From: Rhodospirillales bacterium
GTDB taxonomy: Bacteria > Pseudomonadota > Alphaproteobacteria > Acetobacterales > Acetobacteraceae
Direction of reading: 5' to 3'
Assembly (NCBI GenBank): GCA_025359905.1
Contig: JANYDF010000114.1
Span: 46,077-110,076 of the forward strand
Length of the DNA stretch: 64,000 nt
Each line of letters starts with the position of its first letter. Within the stretch, counting starts at the first letter, position 1. Both the position numbers and the translations under genes were made by a program. The notes below the pieces were generated by a model. It worked only from the letters and a program-made list of their open reading frames with translations, was not told the origin of the DNA and did not search any database. Shown here one piece after another: positions 46,427 to 56,495 of the stretch.

Positions 46427-46472
46427 TAGTTGCGATAATTAACTGATTAACAATCCGTTGTCGTAATATGGG
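46427..46472 (+). promoter_or_regulatory. AT-rich intergenic patch upstream of plsY; probable promoter region of the plsY-dprA-topA-rnr cluster
   Basis: TAGTTGCGATAATTAACTGATTAACAATCCGTTGTCGTAATATGG stands out in otherwise GC-rich DNA. Candidate elements are TTAACT, 19 nt, TAATAT; no clean consensus spacing. Confidence 0.25.
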
Positions 46473-46535
46473 GCTTGAGCGAACAGGGTCAGTCACGGCA
46501 CAGTGCGCCGGTTGCAAGGGTGGGCTTCGACAACC

Positions 46536-47141
46536 ATGACTGCGCCGGATTCAATAGCGACGCTGATCGCACTGACTGTGATCGGCTACATGTTAGGTGC
46601 CGTACCGTTCGGGTTGCTGCTGACACGCGCGGCAGGACTTGGAGACATTCGTAACATCGGTTCCGGTAATATCGGAGCTACCAATGTATTGCGAACGGGA
46701 AACAAAAAACTGGCAGCAGCGACTTTGCTGCTCGACGCGTTGAAGGGTGCCGTCGCGGTGCTGACCGGATGGTACTTGGCCGACGGCTACGGCAGTTTCG
46801 CCGGCGGGCTGGCTGCGGTGCTGGGCCACTTGTTCCCAATTTGGCTCAAATTTCGCGGCGGCAAGGGCGTCGCCACCGGGTTCGGGGTGCTGCTCGCCGC
46901 CAGCCCATACGCCGGTTTGGCGGCCTGCGCGGTGTGGCTCGCCACGGCGCGGCTGACGCGCATCTCATCGGCCGGCGCGCTGCTGTCGATTGCCGCAGCG
47001 CCGGTGTTCGCATGGTTTGCCTCGGGGCCTCTGACAGCGGCGCTGGCGCTGTGCATTGCCCTTCTGGTGTTTGCACGCCACCACGAAAACATCCGCCGGC
47101 TGCTGGCGGGCACGGAGCCGCGCATTGGGGCCGGGCGATGA
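46536..47141 (+). CDS. plsY: Glycerol-3-phosphate acyltransferase PlsY
   Basis: GYMLGAVPFGLLL...DIRNIGSGNIGATNVLRTG...GGKGVATGFG. Confidence 0.9.
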   Translation: MTAPDSIATLIALTVIGYMLGAVPFGLLLTRAAGLGDIRNIGSGNIGATNVLRTGNKKLAAATLLLDALKGAVAVLTGWYLADGYGSFAGGLAAVLGHLFPIWLKFRGGKGVATGFGVLLAASPYAGLAACAVWLATARLTRISSAGALLSIAAAPVFAWFASGPLTAALALCIALLVFARHHENIRRLLAGTEPRIGAGR

Positions 47142-48301
47142 AGACGCTGCTGGATCATCTGCAGCTAGCCCGTACCGACGGCGTCGGCCCGATCACCTAC
47201 CGCCGGCTGCTGCGGCGCTATGGCAGCGCTGCGGCGGCGTTGGATGCGCTGCCGTCGCTGGCGCGCGCCGGGGGGCGTGGACAGCCGCTGCAATTGCCGC
47301 CGCTCGCTGGACTGCAGCGCGAGGTTGAGCGGCTGGCCAAACTCGGCGGACGATTGCTCTTCCTCGACGGCCCCGGCTACCCGCCCCTGTTGGGCCTGCT
47401 GGAGGATGCGCCGCCGGTGCTGGCGGTGATGGGCGACCCTGCGGTGCTGAACGAGCGTGCCGTGGCGCTGGTCGGCAGCCGCAACGCTTCGACCAATGGC
47501 CAGCAATTTGCCGATGGGCTGGCGCAGGAGCTCACCGAAGCCGGCATCGTTGTGGTGTCGGGCTTGGCGCGCGGCATCGATGCCGCGGCCCATCTTGGCG
47601 CGCTGCGCACCGGCCGCACCATCGCCTGCGTGGCCGGCGGATTGGACATGCCCTATCCGCCGGAACACGTCGATTTGCAAAATCGCATCGCTCGGGTTGG
47701 CGCCGTGGTTGCCGAAGCGCCGCTCGGTACCGCACCGCAGTCCCGCCACTTCCCGCGCCGCAACCGCATCATCGCCGGGCTGTCGCTTGGCGTGGTGGTC
47801 GTGGAGGCAGCGTTGCGCTCGGGCAGCCTGATCACGGCGCGCATGGCGCAAGAATCTGGCCGCGAGATATTCGCCGTGCCCGGCTCGCCGCTCGACCCGC
47901 GCTGCCGGGGCACCAACGATCTACTCCGCCAAGGCGCCTATCTCACCGAGTCGGCAGCGGACGTGCTGGCCAATTTGCCGGACCATCCGGGCCGTGAAGG
48001 CATCGCCCGTGCGCCGCTGTTCGCACGCGGGCCAGCCCCCACCCGGATGCCACCGGCCGGATTCCCTGAGCAACCGATCATGTGGCCCGAAAGTGATGCG
48101 CCGCCACAGGAACGGGCCCAGGCGCACCGGATTGTGGTCGAACTGCTCAGTCCGTCGCCCACTTCGGTTGACGTTCTGCTCCGCCGCTGCCAGTTGTCTG
48201 CGTCCGCCGTCATGTCGGCCTTGCTCGATCTTGAGCTGGCCGGGCGCGTGGAAACGCTGCCCGGCAATCGGGTGGCGTTATTGAGCGAACCGGGGCCATA
48301 G
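47138..48301 (+). CDS. dprA: DNA-processing protein DprA
   Basis: ATGA overlap with plsY. VALVGSRNAS...VVSGLARGIDAAAH...AEAPLGTAPQSRHFPRRNRIIAGLS...VVEAALRSGSLITAR. Confidence 0.9.
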   Translation: MKTLLDHLQLARTDGVGPITYRRLLRRYGSAAAALDALPSLARAGGRGQPLQLPPLAGLQREVERLAKLGGRLLFLDGPGYPPLLGLLEDAPPVLAVMGDPAVLNERAVALVGSRNASTNGQQFADGLAQELTEAGIVVVSGLARGIDAAAHLGALRTGRTIACVAGGLDMPYPPEHVDLQNRIARVGAVVAEAPLGTAPQSRHFPRRNRIIAGLSLGVVVVEAALRSGSLITARMAQESGREIFAVPGSPLDPRCRGTNDLLRQGAYLTESAADVLANLPDHPGREGIARAPLFARGPAPTRMPPAGFPEQPIMWPESDAPPQERAQAHRIVVELLSPSPTSVDVLLRRCQLSASAVMSALLDLELAGRVETLPGNRVALLSEPGP

Positions 48302-48323
48302 GGTTTCCCACGAACAGGACGCC

Positions 48324-51059
48324 ATGCCTGACGTTGTCGTTGTCGAATCGCCCGCCAAGGCCAAGACGATCAACAAGTACCTTGGCGACCAGTTTACGGT
48401 CCTTGCCAGTTTCGGACATGTGCGCGATCTGCCGCCGAAAGACGGCAGCGTGCGGCCGGATGAGGATTTCGCCATGGACTGGGCGGCCGACGAGCGCGGC
48501 GCCCGCCAACTGGCGGCCATTGCCAAGGCGCTGAAGGGCGCCAAGCGGCTGTACCTCGCCACCGATCCGGATCGCGAGGGCGAGGCGATCAGTTGGCACG
48601 TCCGCGCGATGCTCGACGAAAAGCATCTGCTGCGCGGCGTGAAGGTGGAGCGGATCACCTTCAACGAGATCACCCGCAACGCCATCCGCAGCGCGATGGC
48701 GCACCCGCGCGACCTGGATATGCCGCTGATCGAGGCGTATCTGGCGCGCCGTGCGCTGGACTACTTGGTGGGCTTTACCCTATCGCCGGTGCTGTGGCGC
48801 AAGCTGCCCGGCAGCCGCAGCGCCGGGCGGGTGCAATCGGTCGCCCTGCGGCTGATCTGCGAGCGCGAAGCCGAAATCGAGGTGTTCCGCGCGCGGGAAT
48901 ACTGGTCGGTGGAAGCGCACCTCACCACACCGGCCGGTGCCCCGTTCACGGCGCGGCTGACGCATCTGGACGGCAAGAAGCTCGACCAGTTCGACCTGAA
49001 CACCGAGGCGCTGGCGACACGCGCCAAGCAACAGGTGCAAGCCACTGATTTTACGGTAACATCGGTCGAGCGCAAGCGCGTCAAGCGCAACCCGCCGCCG
49101 CCGTTCACCACCTCTACGCTGCAACAGGAAGCCAGCCGCAAGCTGGGTTTCGGCGCCCAGCAGATCATGCGGCTGGCGCAGCAGCTTTACGAAGGCATCG
49201 ACATTCAGGGCGATACCGTCGGCCTGATCACCTATATGCGCACCGATGGCGTGCAGATGGCGCGCGAGGCGATGTTCGCCATTCGCGACCATGTGAAGGC
49301 GGAATACGGCGACAAATACGTGCCGTCCGCGCCGCGCGAGTACACCGCCAAGGCGAAGAACGCCCAGGAAGCCCACGAAGCGATCCGCGCCACCGATGTC
49401 GGCCGCACGCCTGAGGGCGTCGCCCGCTACCTGAACCCGGATCAGCGCCGCCTGTACGACCTGATCTGGAAACGCGCGGTCGCTAGCCAGATGCAATCGG
49501 CCGAGTTGGATCAGGTCACGGTGGACGCCACCGACCCGTCCCGCAAGTCCAGCCCGGTGCTGCGCGCCAACGGCTCGATCCTGGCGTTCGACGGCTTCCT
49601 CAAGTTGTACCGTGAGGACCAGGACGACGAGGCCCAGAGCCGGGACGACGAAAACAAAATGCTGCCGCCGATGGGCGAGCGCGATCCGCTGCGGCGCGGC
49701 GAAGTAGCTGCCGAACAGCACTTCACCCAGCCGCCGCCGCGCTACTCGGAAGCCAGCCTGGTGAAGAAGATGGAGGAGCTCGGCATCGGCCGGCCGTCCA
49801 CCTACGCCTCGATCCTGACCGTCTTGCAGGAGCGCAACTACGTCAAACTCGACAAGCGGCGCTTCATCCCGGAGGACCGGGGCCGCTTGGTCACCGCGTT
49901 CCTGACCAGCTTCTTCGAACGCTACGTCGATACCGGCTTCACCGCCTCGCTCGAAGAACAGCTCGACGATATTTCCGGCGGGCGGGCCGAGTGGCGCGCG
50001 GTGATGCACGCATTTTGGAAGGAATTCTCCAAGGCGGTCGAGCAGACCCGTGACCTTAAAATCGGCGACGTGATCGATGCGCTCGACCAGGACCTTGGCG
50101 CGCATTTCTTCCCGGCGCGCGAGGACGGCAGCGATCCGCGCGTGTGCGCGGCCTGCGGCAATGGGCGGCTGGGGCTGAAGCTCGGGCGGCACGGTGCGTT
50201 CATCGGCTGCTCGAACTACCCGGCCTGCCAATACACGAGGCGGCTGGCCATCGAGAGCGGCGACGGCAGCGACGATACCCTGAAGGAAGGGATGCGCGCG
50301 CTCGGGCATCACCCGGACACCGGCGAGGAGATCACCGTGCGGCGCGGGCCGTACGGGCTGTATGTGCAGCAGGGCGAGCAGGAAAAGGACGCCAAGCGCA
50401 AGCCGCGCCGCACCTCGCTGCCGCGCGGCGTGGAAGGCGATGCGGTAACGCTGGAGCAGGCTATCGGGCTGCTCAGCCTGCCGCGCATCGTTGGCATCCA
50501 TCCGGAGACCAAGGAACCGATCGAGGCCGGGCTCGGCCGCTTCGGGCCTTACGTGAAGATGGGCGGCGTGTTCGCCTCGCTGGACAAGGACGACGACCTG
50601 CTGGTGGTCGGCCTGAATCGGGCCGTGGATGTGCTGGCGCAGAAACTGGCCTCGGTGCGCGCACTCGGGCCGCATCCGGCGGATAAGGAGCCGGTGATCG
50701 TGCGCAAGGGCCGCTTTGGGCCGTATGTGCAGCACGGCAACATGGTGGCCAACCTGCCGCGTGAACTGACCATGGACGATATGACCATGGACTTGGCGGT
50801 GCCGCTGCTGGCCACCAAGGGCAAGGCGTTGAAGGCCAAACCGGGCCGTGGCAAGGCGGGCAAGAAGCCGGCCCCCAAGGCTGCGGCTGCAAAGGCTGCG
50901 GCCCCCAAAGCGGCGGCTGCCAAGACCGCTGCGCCCAAAGTGGCGGAACCGCCGGCTGCCAAGGCCAAGCAACCCGCCGCCAAGGCCAAGAAGCCCGCAG
51001 CGAAGAAGCCAGCGGCAAAAAAACCTGCCGCCAAGCCGCGCGCCAAGGCTGCCGGCTAA
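48324..51059 (+). CDS. topA: DNA topoisomerase I, with a Lys/Ala/Pro-rich C-terminal tail
   Basis: 911 aa. Toprim (VVVESPAKAKTINKYLG), active-site region (GLITYMRTDG), Zn-ribbon-like CAACGNG...CSNYPAC. Confidence 0.95.
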   Translation: MPDVVVVESPAKAKTINKYLGDQFTVLASFGHVRDLPPKDGSVRPDEDFAMDWAADERGARQLAAIAKALKGAKRLYLATDPDREGEAISWHVRAMLDEKHLLRGVKVERITFNEITRNAIRSAMAHPRDLDMPLIEAYLARRALDYLVGFTLSPVLWRKLPGSRSAGRVQSVALRLICEREAEIEVFRAREYWSVEAHLTTPAGAPFTARLTHLDGKKLDQFDLNTEALATRAKQQVQATDFTVTSVERKRVKRNPPPPFTTSTLQQEASRKLGFGAQQIMRLAQQLYEGIDIQGDTVGLITYMRTDGVQMAREAMFAIRDHVKAEYGDKYVPSAPREYTAKAKNAQEAHEAIRATDVGRTPEGVARYLNPDQRRLYDLIWKRAVASQMQSAELDQVTVDATDPSRKSSPVLRANGSILAFDGFLKLYREDQDDEAQSRDDENKMLPPMGERDPLRRGEVAAEQHFTQPPPRYSEASLVKKMEELGIGRPSTYASILTVLQERNYVKLDKRRFIPEDRGRLVTAFLTSFFERYVDTGFTASLEEQLDDISGGRAEWRAVMHAFWKEFSKAVEQTRDLKIGDVIDALDQDLGAHFFPAREDGSDPRVCAACGNGRLGLKLGRHGAFIGCSNYPACQYTRRLAIESGDGSDDTLKEGMRALGHHPDTGEEITVRRGPYGLYVQQGEQEKDAKRKPRRTSLPRGVEGDAVTLEQAIGLLSLPRIVGIHPETKEPIEAGLGRFGPYVKMGGVFASLDKDDDLLVVGLNRAVDVLAQKLASVRALGPHPADKEPVIVRKGRFGPYVQHGNMVANLPRELTMDDMTMDLAVPLLATKGKALKAKPGRGKAGKKPAPKAAAAKAAAPKAAAAKTAAPKVAEPPAAKAKQPAAKAKKPAAKKPAAKKPAAKPRAKAAG
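50817..51056 (+). repeat. Coding low-complexity tandem repeats (AAKxP/KKPAA units) forming the last 80 codons of topA
   Basis: KGKALKAKPGRGKAGKKPAPKAAAAKAAAPKAAAAKTAAPKVAEPPAAKAKQPAAKAKKPAAKKPAAKKPAAKPRAKAAG. The DNA shows imperfect 12-15-nt periodicity (AAGAAGCCNGCNGCN). Confidence 0.6.
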
Positions 51060-53288
51060 GTGGCGCGCAAGCGTCCGCCCGGAACGCCGCCCCCCGGCCT
51101 GCCCAGCCGCGACGAGATCAAGCGCTTCGTGCGCGAGCAGCCGGGCCGCGTCGGCAAGCGCGAGGTGGCGCGCGAGTTCGGCTTGGGGCCGGAACATCGC
51201 GCCGATCTGCGCGATCTGCTGAAGGCGCTGTCGGCTGAGGGCAACCTCGCCCCCGCCGGGCATCGCCGTTTCCGCGCACCGGGCAAGCTGCCCGAATCGA
51301 TGGTGGTGCAGGTCACCGGCACCGACCCGGACGGCGACGCGCTGGCCCGCCCGGTTGGCTGGGAGGGCGACGGCCCGCCGCCGCTGGTGCTGATGGCCCC
51401 CGAGCCGAAGGGCAAACCGGCGCTCGCCCCCGGCGAGCGGGTGCTGGCGCGGCTGAAACCGATTGGCCCCGGCAAATACGAAGGCCGCACGCTAAAGCGC
51501 CTGACCGACGCGCCGGGCCGCGTGCTCGGCGTCTACCGCCCCAACCCGGTGGGCGGCGGCGGGCGGATCGTGCCGACCGACCGGCGCGCCAAGGCGGAAT
51601 GGACGGTGCCGCCCGGTGAGGATAACGGCGCAGTCAACGGCGAGATCGTGCTGGCAGCCCCGCTACCCGGCGGCGGCTACGGCTTGAAGCCGGCCAAAGT
51701 GGTCGAGCGCCTGGGCAGCATGGGCGACGCCCGCTCGGTCAGCCTCGTGGTGATCCACACCCACGACATTCCCACCGAATTTCCCGCCGCAGCCGTGGCC
51801 GAGGCGGGGCGCGCGCGCGGCGTCGAACTCGGTGACCGCACCGACCTGCGTGACATTCCGTTGGTCACCATCGACGGCGAGGACGCCCGCGACTTCGACG
51901 ATGCGGTGTACGCCGAGCCAGACGGCAATGGCTTCGCGCTGATCGTGGCGATCGCCGACGTGGCGCATTACGTGCAGCCCGGCTCACCGCTGGACAACGA
52001 GGCGTGGAAGCGCGGCAATTCCTGCTACTTCCCCGACCGCGTGGTGCCGATGCTGCCGGAGGCGCTGTCGAACGGCTGGTGCAGCCTGCGGCCGAACGAG
52101 GATCGGGGCTGCCTGTTCGTGCGGATGCGGATCGACGCGGGCGGGCGGAAAATCGCGCACCAGTTCGGCCGTGGCATCATGCGCAGCGCCGCCCGGCTGA
52201 CCTACGAGCAGGTGCAGGAAGCCCACGACGCCAGGACCGAGACGCATCTACCGCTGGCGCCGCTGTATGCGGCGTTTCGCGTGCTGCTGACGGCGCGCGA
52301 GGCGCGCGGCACCCTCGATCTGGACCTGCCGGAACGCAAGGTGGTGCTGGACGATCAGGGCAAGGTTGCCTCGGTGCAGCCGCGCCCGCGTCTGGACAGC
52401 CACCGGCTGATCGAAGAATTCATGGTGCTGGCCAACGTGGCCGCAGCTGAGGAACTGGAGCGGCTGCATCAGCCGTGCATATACCGCGTCCACGCACCGC
52501 CGTCGGAAGAAAAGCTGGATAATCTGCGGCAGTTCCTGCGCGGCTTCGACATTTCGCTGCCGCCGGGCAACCAAATTCATCCGCGCGACCTGGACCGGGT
52601 GCTGAAGCAGGTGGCCGGCACGGACGAGGCGATGCTGGTCAACGAAGTGATGCTGCGCAGCCAGTCGCAAGCGGCCTATAGCCCTGACAATATGGGGCAT
52701 TTCGGCCTCTCGCTGGCCCGCTATGCGCATTTCACCAGCCCGATCCGGCGCTACGCCGATCTGTTAGTGCATCGTGCGCTGATTCTGGGTCTGCGGCTCG
52801 GCGAAGGCGGCTTGAAGCCCGATGAGGCGGCGCGCTTTTCAGACACCGCCGAACATATCACCGCCACCGAGCGGCGGGCGGCGCTGGCCGAACGGGATGC
52901 GGTTGACCGCTATCTGGCGGCGCATATGGCCGATAAAGTGGGCGCGATCTTTGCCGCACGGATTTCTGGCGTGACCCGATTCGGCCTGTTTGTGACAGTT
53001 GCGGGCAGCGGTGCCAGCGGTCTGGTGCCGGTGGCATCGTTGCCGGACGATTTCTGGATGCACGACGAAGCCACCCAGACGCTGAACGGACGCAACACCC
53101 GCATCGTGTTCCGGCTGGCGCAGGAGGTCGAGGCGCGGCTGGCTGAAGCCAGCCCGGTCACCGGCGGACTGGTGTTCCACATCATGCAAGGCGTGCCAAA
53201 CGGCGGGCGCAGCGGGCGTGGCGCGCCGCCCGTGCGGCCGCAGGCGGGTGGGAAAGCTGGGACCGGAGGGCGCAAGCGGCCCCGGTGA
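51060..53288 (+). CDS. rnr: Ribonuclease R
   Basis: 742 aa. The GTG start directly abuts the topA stop. RNB domain (DGEDARDFDDAV..., HFGL...YAHFTSPIRRYADLLVHR), C-terminal S1 domain and a basic tail. Confidence 0.9.
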   Translation: MARKRPPGTPPPGLPSRDEIKRFVREQPGRVGKREVAREFGLGPEHRADLRDLLKALSAEGNLAPAGHRRFRAPGKLPESMVVQVTGTDPDGDALARPVGWEGDGPPPLVLMAPEPKGKPALAPGERVLARLKPIGPGKYEGRTLKRLTDAPGRVLGVYRPNPVGGGGRIVPTDRRAKAEWTVPPGEDNGAVNGEIVLAAPLPGGGYGLKPAKVVERLGSMGDARSVSLVVIHTHDIPTEFPAAAVAEAGRARGVELGDRTDLRDIPLVTIDGEDARDFDDAVYAEPDGNGFALIVAIADVAHYVQPGSPLDNEAWKRGNSCYFPDRVVPMLPEALSNGWCSLRPNEDRGCLFVRMRIDAGGRKIAHQFGRGIMRSAARLTYEQVQEAHDARTETHLPLAPLYAAFRVLLTAREARGTLDLDLPERKVVLDDQGKVASVQPRPRLDSHRLIEEFMVLANVAAAEELERLHQPCIYRVHAPPSEEKLDNLRQFLRGFDISLPPGNQIHPRDLDRVLKQVAGTDEAMLVNEVMLRSQSQAAYSPDNMGHFGLSLARYAHFTSPIRRYADLLVHRALILGLRLGEGGLKPDEAARFSDTAEHITATERRAALAERDAVDRYLAAHMADKVGAIFAARISGVTRFGLFVTVAGSGASGLVPVASLPDDFWMHDEATQTLNGRNTRIVFRLAQEVEARLAEASPVTGGLVFHIMQGVPNGGRSGRGAPPVRPQAGGKAGTGGRKRPR

Positions 53289-54877
53289 AGCATTCGCTGC
53301 TCCTGCTGCTGATTATGCTCTGCCCGGCCCTGCTGCCGGGGGCCGCGCATGCCGAGCCGTTTGCCGCCGGGCGGACGTTCGATCAGCGCATGGTCGCCGA
53401 TGTGATGAGCGTGGCGCTGACCTTCATCGCGCCGCGCACGCTGGAAGCCGTGCCGATCCCGGATCTGACGATGTGGGCGCTGCGCGGCCTGACCACGCTG
53501 GACGCGCGGCTGCAGCCCGAACTGAAAGCCGGCACCCTGCGCCTGCTCGCCCCTGGCCGGGTGCTGCTGGCCCGCGCCCCGCCGGCAGACGACGACGCGC
53601 ATGGCTGGGCCGTGGCTGCGGGCCAGATGGCGCGGGCCGGGTGGGACTCGTCAGAGTCCGTCCGTCACGCCGGGACCGGCGGGATCATCCGCACGCTGTT
53701 CGACGAGATGTTCAACCATCTCGATCCGTATTCCCGCTACGCCCCGCCGGAGGAAGCCCGCGAGGCGCGCAATCGCCGAGCCGGTCAGGGCGGGGTAGGC
53801 GTTCAGGTGGGCCAGTCCGGCGGCGGCTTCGTGGTACAGAGCATCGTCGAGGACGGACCCGCCTGGCAGGCTGGCCTGCGCCCTGGCGGGCGCTTGCTGG
53901 CGGTGGATGGCGAGAGCGTGCAAGGCGCCGATCTGGCGGCGGTGACTGCGCTGATTGCCGGGCCGGTGGGAGCGCCCGTGTCGCTGACGGTGCGCGAGCG
54001 CGACGGCAAGGCGCGGACGGTGGAACTGGCGCGCGCGTTGGTGCCGCCGCAGACCGTGGCATCCGAGCGGGCCGCTGACCTGCTGGTGCTGCATGTGTCC
54101 AGCTTCTCCAGCGACACCGGGGCGCGGCTGGCGCAGGCGCTGGTGGCGGGCACCGCCGGGCCGCATCCGCCGCGCGGCGTGGTGCTGGATTTGCGCGGCA
54201 ACCGCGGCGGCCTGCTGCTGCAAGCCGTGGCGGCTGCCGAAGTCTTGCTGCCGCAAGGCGTAGTGGCAGCCACGGCGGGACGCGACCCGGCGGCGGCGCA
54301 TCTGTTTGTGGCCAATGGCCAAGACCTGTCAGGCGGCCTGCCGATTGTGGTGCTGGTCGACGGCCGGTCGGCCAGCGCGGCGGAAATCCTGGCCGCTGCC
54401 CTGGCCGATCAACACCGCGCGGTCGTGGCGGGCAGCGCCACGCTGGGCAAGGGGCTGGTGCAAACCATCACGCCGCTGCCGGATGGCGGCGAGTTGCTGG
54501 TGACTTGGAGCCGGGTGCTGGCGCCGCTGGGCTGGCCGGTGCAGGGCCTCGGCGTGCTGCCGCAAGTCTGCACCAGTCTCGGCGAGGAGCAGCTACGGCG
54601 GCAGCTTGCGGGGCTGGCACGCGGTGACCAAGCGATGGCCCGGGCGCTGGCGCGGGCTCGGACGGCGCGCCCGCCGATTCCCCCGGCCGAAACGCTCGAA
54701 ATCCGCAACGCTTGCCCAGCCGCCGAGGGCCGCGACCTCGACCTTCTGGCGGCTAACCGCTTGATTCATGACCCTAATGCGTACTCGGCCGCCCTACTTG
54801 GACCGCCAGCGTCGCCCACCGCACTGCCGCCCCCCGCGCCACGGGACTTGACGGCAGCACCTGCTTTGCGCAATTAG
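53285..54877 (+). CDS. S41 family C-terminal processing peptidase (PDZ domain, signal peptide)
   Basis: GTGA overlap with rnr. MKHSLLLLLIMLCPALLPGAAHA; PDZ (VVQSIVEDGPAWQAGLRPGGRLLAVDG); VVLDLRGNRGG; catalytic GRSASAAEILAAAL and TLGKGLVQ. Confidence 0.8.
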   Translation: MKHSLLLLLIMLCPALLPGAAHAEPFAAGRTFDQRMVADVMSVALTFIAPRTLEAVPIPDLTMWALRGLTTLDARLQPELKAGTLRLLAPGRVLLARAPPADDDAHGWAVAAGQMARAGWDSSESVRHAGTGGIIRTLFDEMFNHLDPYSRYAPPEEAREARNRRAGQGGVGVQVGQSGGGFVVQSIVEDGPAWQAGLRPGGRLLAVDGESVQGADLAAVTALIAGPVGAPVSLTVRERDGKARTVELARALVPPQTVASERAADLLVLHVSSFSSDTGARLAQALVAGTAGPHPPRGVVLDLRGNRGGLLLQAVAAAEVLLPQGVVAATAGRDPAAAHLFVANGQDLSGGLPIVVLVDGRSASAAEILAAALADQHRAVVAGSATLGKGLVQTITPLPDGGELLVTWSRVLAPLGWPVQGLGVLPQVCTSLGEEQLRRQLAGLARGDQAMARALARARTARPPIPPAETLEIRNACPAAEGRDLDLLAANRLIHDPNAYSAALLGPPASPTALPPPAPRDLTAAPALRN

Positions 54878-54901
54878 CCGCCCCTCTCTGAGGACCATGC
54901 C

Positions 54902-55069
54902 ATGGCCAAGTCGAACACTGTCCAGATCAAACTCGTGTCCACTGCCGACACCGGATTCTTCTATGTCACCAAGAAGAATGCCCGCGCCCAGACCGGCAAG
55001 ATGGAATTCAAGAAATACGATCCCGTCGCGCGCAAGCACGTCGTGTTCAAGGAAGCCAAGATTAAGTGA
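54902..55069 (+). CDS. rpmG: 50S ribosomal protein L33
   Basis: Too short for the ORF track (55 codons). My translation: [55 protein letters not shown]. The track ORF 54897..55100 is an overlapping wrong frame. Confidence 0.9.
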   Translation: MAKSNTVQIKLVSTADTGFFYVTKKNARAQTGKMEFKKYDPVARKHVVFKEAKIK

Positions 55070-55074
55070 TGGCG

Positions 55075-55093
55075 GCCGGGCGGCACGCCCGGC
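55075..55093. terminator. GC-rich hairpin between convergent rpmG and pleD (possible bidirectional terminator)
   Basis: GCCGGGCG-GCA-CGCCCGGC gives a perfect 8-bp stem with a 3-nt loop, followed by TTCCT. The U-tract is weak. Confidence 0.4.
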
Positions 55094-55121
55094 TTCCTGA
55101 ACGCTTGAGTGAGCGCCGCCG

Positions 55122-56495
55122 TTAGGCGGGCTCGGCTGCCTCGGGCAATTCCACCCGGTTTCTGCCCCCGCGCTTGGCGCGGTACAGCGCAGCGTCGGCT
55201 ATATGCAGCACCTGCTCCGGCGTCATGTGCGGCCGGTTGCTGAAACCAATGCCGATGCTGATGGTTAGCTGGTGCTGCACCCCAGGCAGCGGGAAAAACA
55301 CCATCTCGGCCACTGCCGCGCGAAGCCGTTCGGCGGCGATAAGTGCGTCTTGCGTCGCCGCACCCGGCATCACCACGGTGAATTCCTCGCCGCCGTAACG
55401 GGCGATGCTGTCGAACACCCTGGTACGGCCGCGCAGCACGTCGGCAATCGACTTCAGGGCCTTGTCGCCAGCGGCGTGGCCGAAGCGGTCGTTGACCTGC
55501 TTGAAGTGGTCCACATCCAGCATCAGCACACTGACGGTGTTGGCCTGCCCGGAGGCCATCAGCCCGCGCAAATGCCGCATCAGGTAGCGCTGATTGTAGA
55601 AGCCGGTCAGCGGGTCGATCAGCGCCATTTCCAGCGCCTGCCCGAGATCGGAGCGTAGCCGGTCCTGATAGAATTTGCGGCGGATCTGGTTGCGCGCCCG
55701 CACCCGCAACTCGTTCTCATCGACCGGGCGGACAATCCAATCATTGGCGCCCAGATCGAAGCCGCGCAGAATACGGTCGCGCTGCTCCGGTTCGGCAATC
55801 AACAGCAGGGGAATATCGTGCGTGGCATTGTCCGCGCGCAGCCGCGAGGCGAGGCGCAGCGGGTCGTCGTGCGCCATGCTCAAACTGAGCACGATCAGAT
55901 CGAACGGCACCGCCGCCGTCAGTGCCATGGCTTCCGCCTCGGACGCCGCCCGGCCGGGCAGCACGCCTTCCCGCGCCAAAGCGTCCTGAGCGGCCTGCGC
56001 GCCCAAATCCCAGTCATCGACCACCAGCGCGCGAGCGCCATGCACCGATGGCACACCAGGCATCTCGGTCGACAGACCCAGGGCGCGCGCGGTCTCACCG
56101 CGCACGCGCCACTCGTCCAGCATGCGTTTCAACCGCACCAAGGAACGCACCCGGGCCAGCAACGTATCGTATTCGACCGGCTTGGTGAGAAAGTCGTCAG
56201 CGCCCGATTCAAGGCCGCGCAGCCGCTCGCTGGGTTCGCCGAGAGCCGTGATCATGACAACAGGAATATGATGCGTGGCCGGATCGGCCTTCAAGCGGCG
56301 GCAGGTCTCGTAACCATCGAGCTCCGGCATCATGACATCGAGCAGAATCAGATCTGGTTGCCAACTATGCGCCAAACTAAGCGCCTGAAACCCATCATAT
56401 GCGGTGTTGATCTGATAATATTCTGCGCTCAACTTGGCTTCCAGCAGCCGAGTATTGGCGGGAACGTCATCGACGATCAGAATTCGTGCGGACAT
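55122..56495 (-). CDS. pleD: PleD-type response regulator diguanylate cyclase (REC-REC-GGDEF)
   Basis: ATG at 56495. MSARILIVDDVPAN...LILLDVMMPELDG (phospho-acceptor Asp), a second degenerate receiver, an active-site GGEEF (RYGGEEFTVV), and an RxxD I-site (RVFD) five residues upstream. Confidence 0.85.
   Translation of the reverse strand: MSARILIVDDVPANTRLLEAKLSAEYYQINTAYDGFQALSLAHSWQPDLILLDVMMPELDGYETCRRLKADPATHHIPVVMITALGEPSERLRGLESGADDFLTKPVEYDTLLARVRSLVRLKRMLDEWRVRGETARALGLSTEMPGVPSVHGARALVVDDWDLGAQAAQDALAREGVLPGRAASEAEAMALTAAVPFDLIVLSLSMAHDDPLRLASRLRADNATHDIPLLLIAEPEQRDRILRGFDLGANDWIVRPVDENELRVRARNQIRRKFYQDRLRSDLGQALEMALIDPLTGFYNQRYLMRHLRGLMASGQANTVSVLMLDVDHFKQVNDRFGHAAGDKALKSIADVLRGRTRVFDSIARYGGEEFTVVMPGAATQDALIAAERLRAAVAEMVFFPLPGVQHQLTISIGIGFSNRPHMTPEQVLHIADAALYRAKRGGRNRVELPEAAEPA

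Noticed and set aside
48780-51263. 827-aa minus-strand ORF
   Set aside because: It is entirely antisense to topA (and the rnr start), whose identity is unambiguous. The translation is R/G/A/L-rich with no motif.
54897-55100. 67-aa track ORF (MPWPSRTLS...)
   Set aside because: It is an overlapping wrong frame. The +2 shifted frame gives a textbook ribosomal protein L33.
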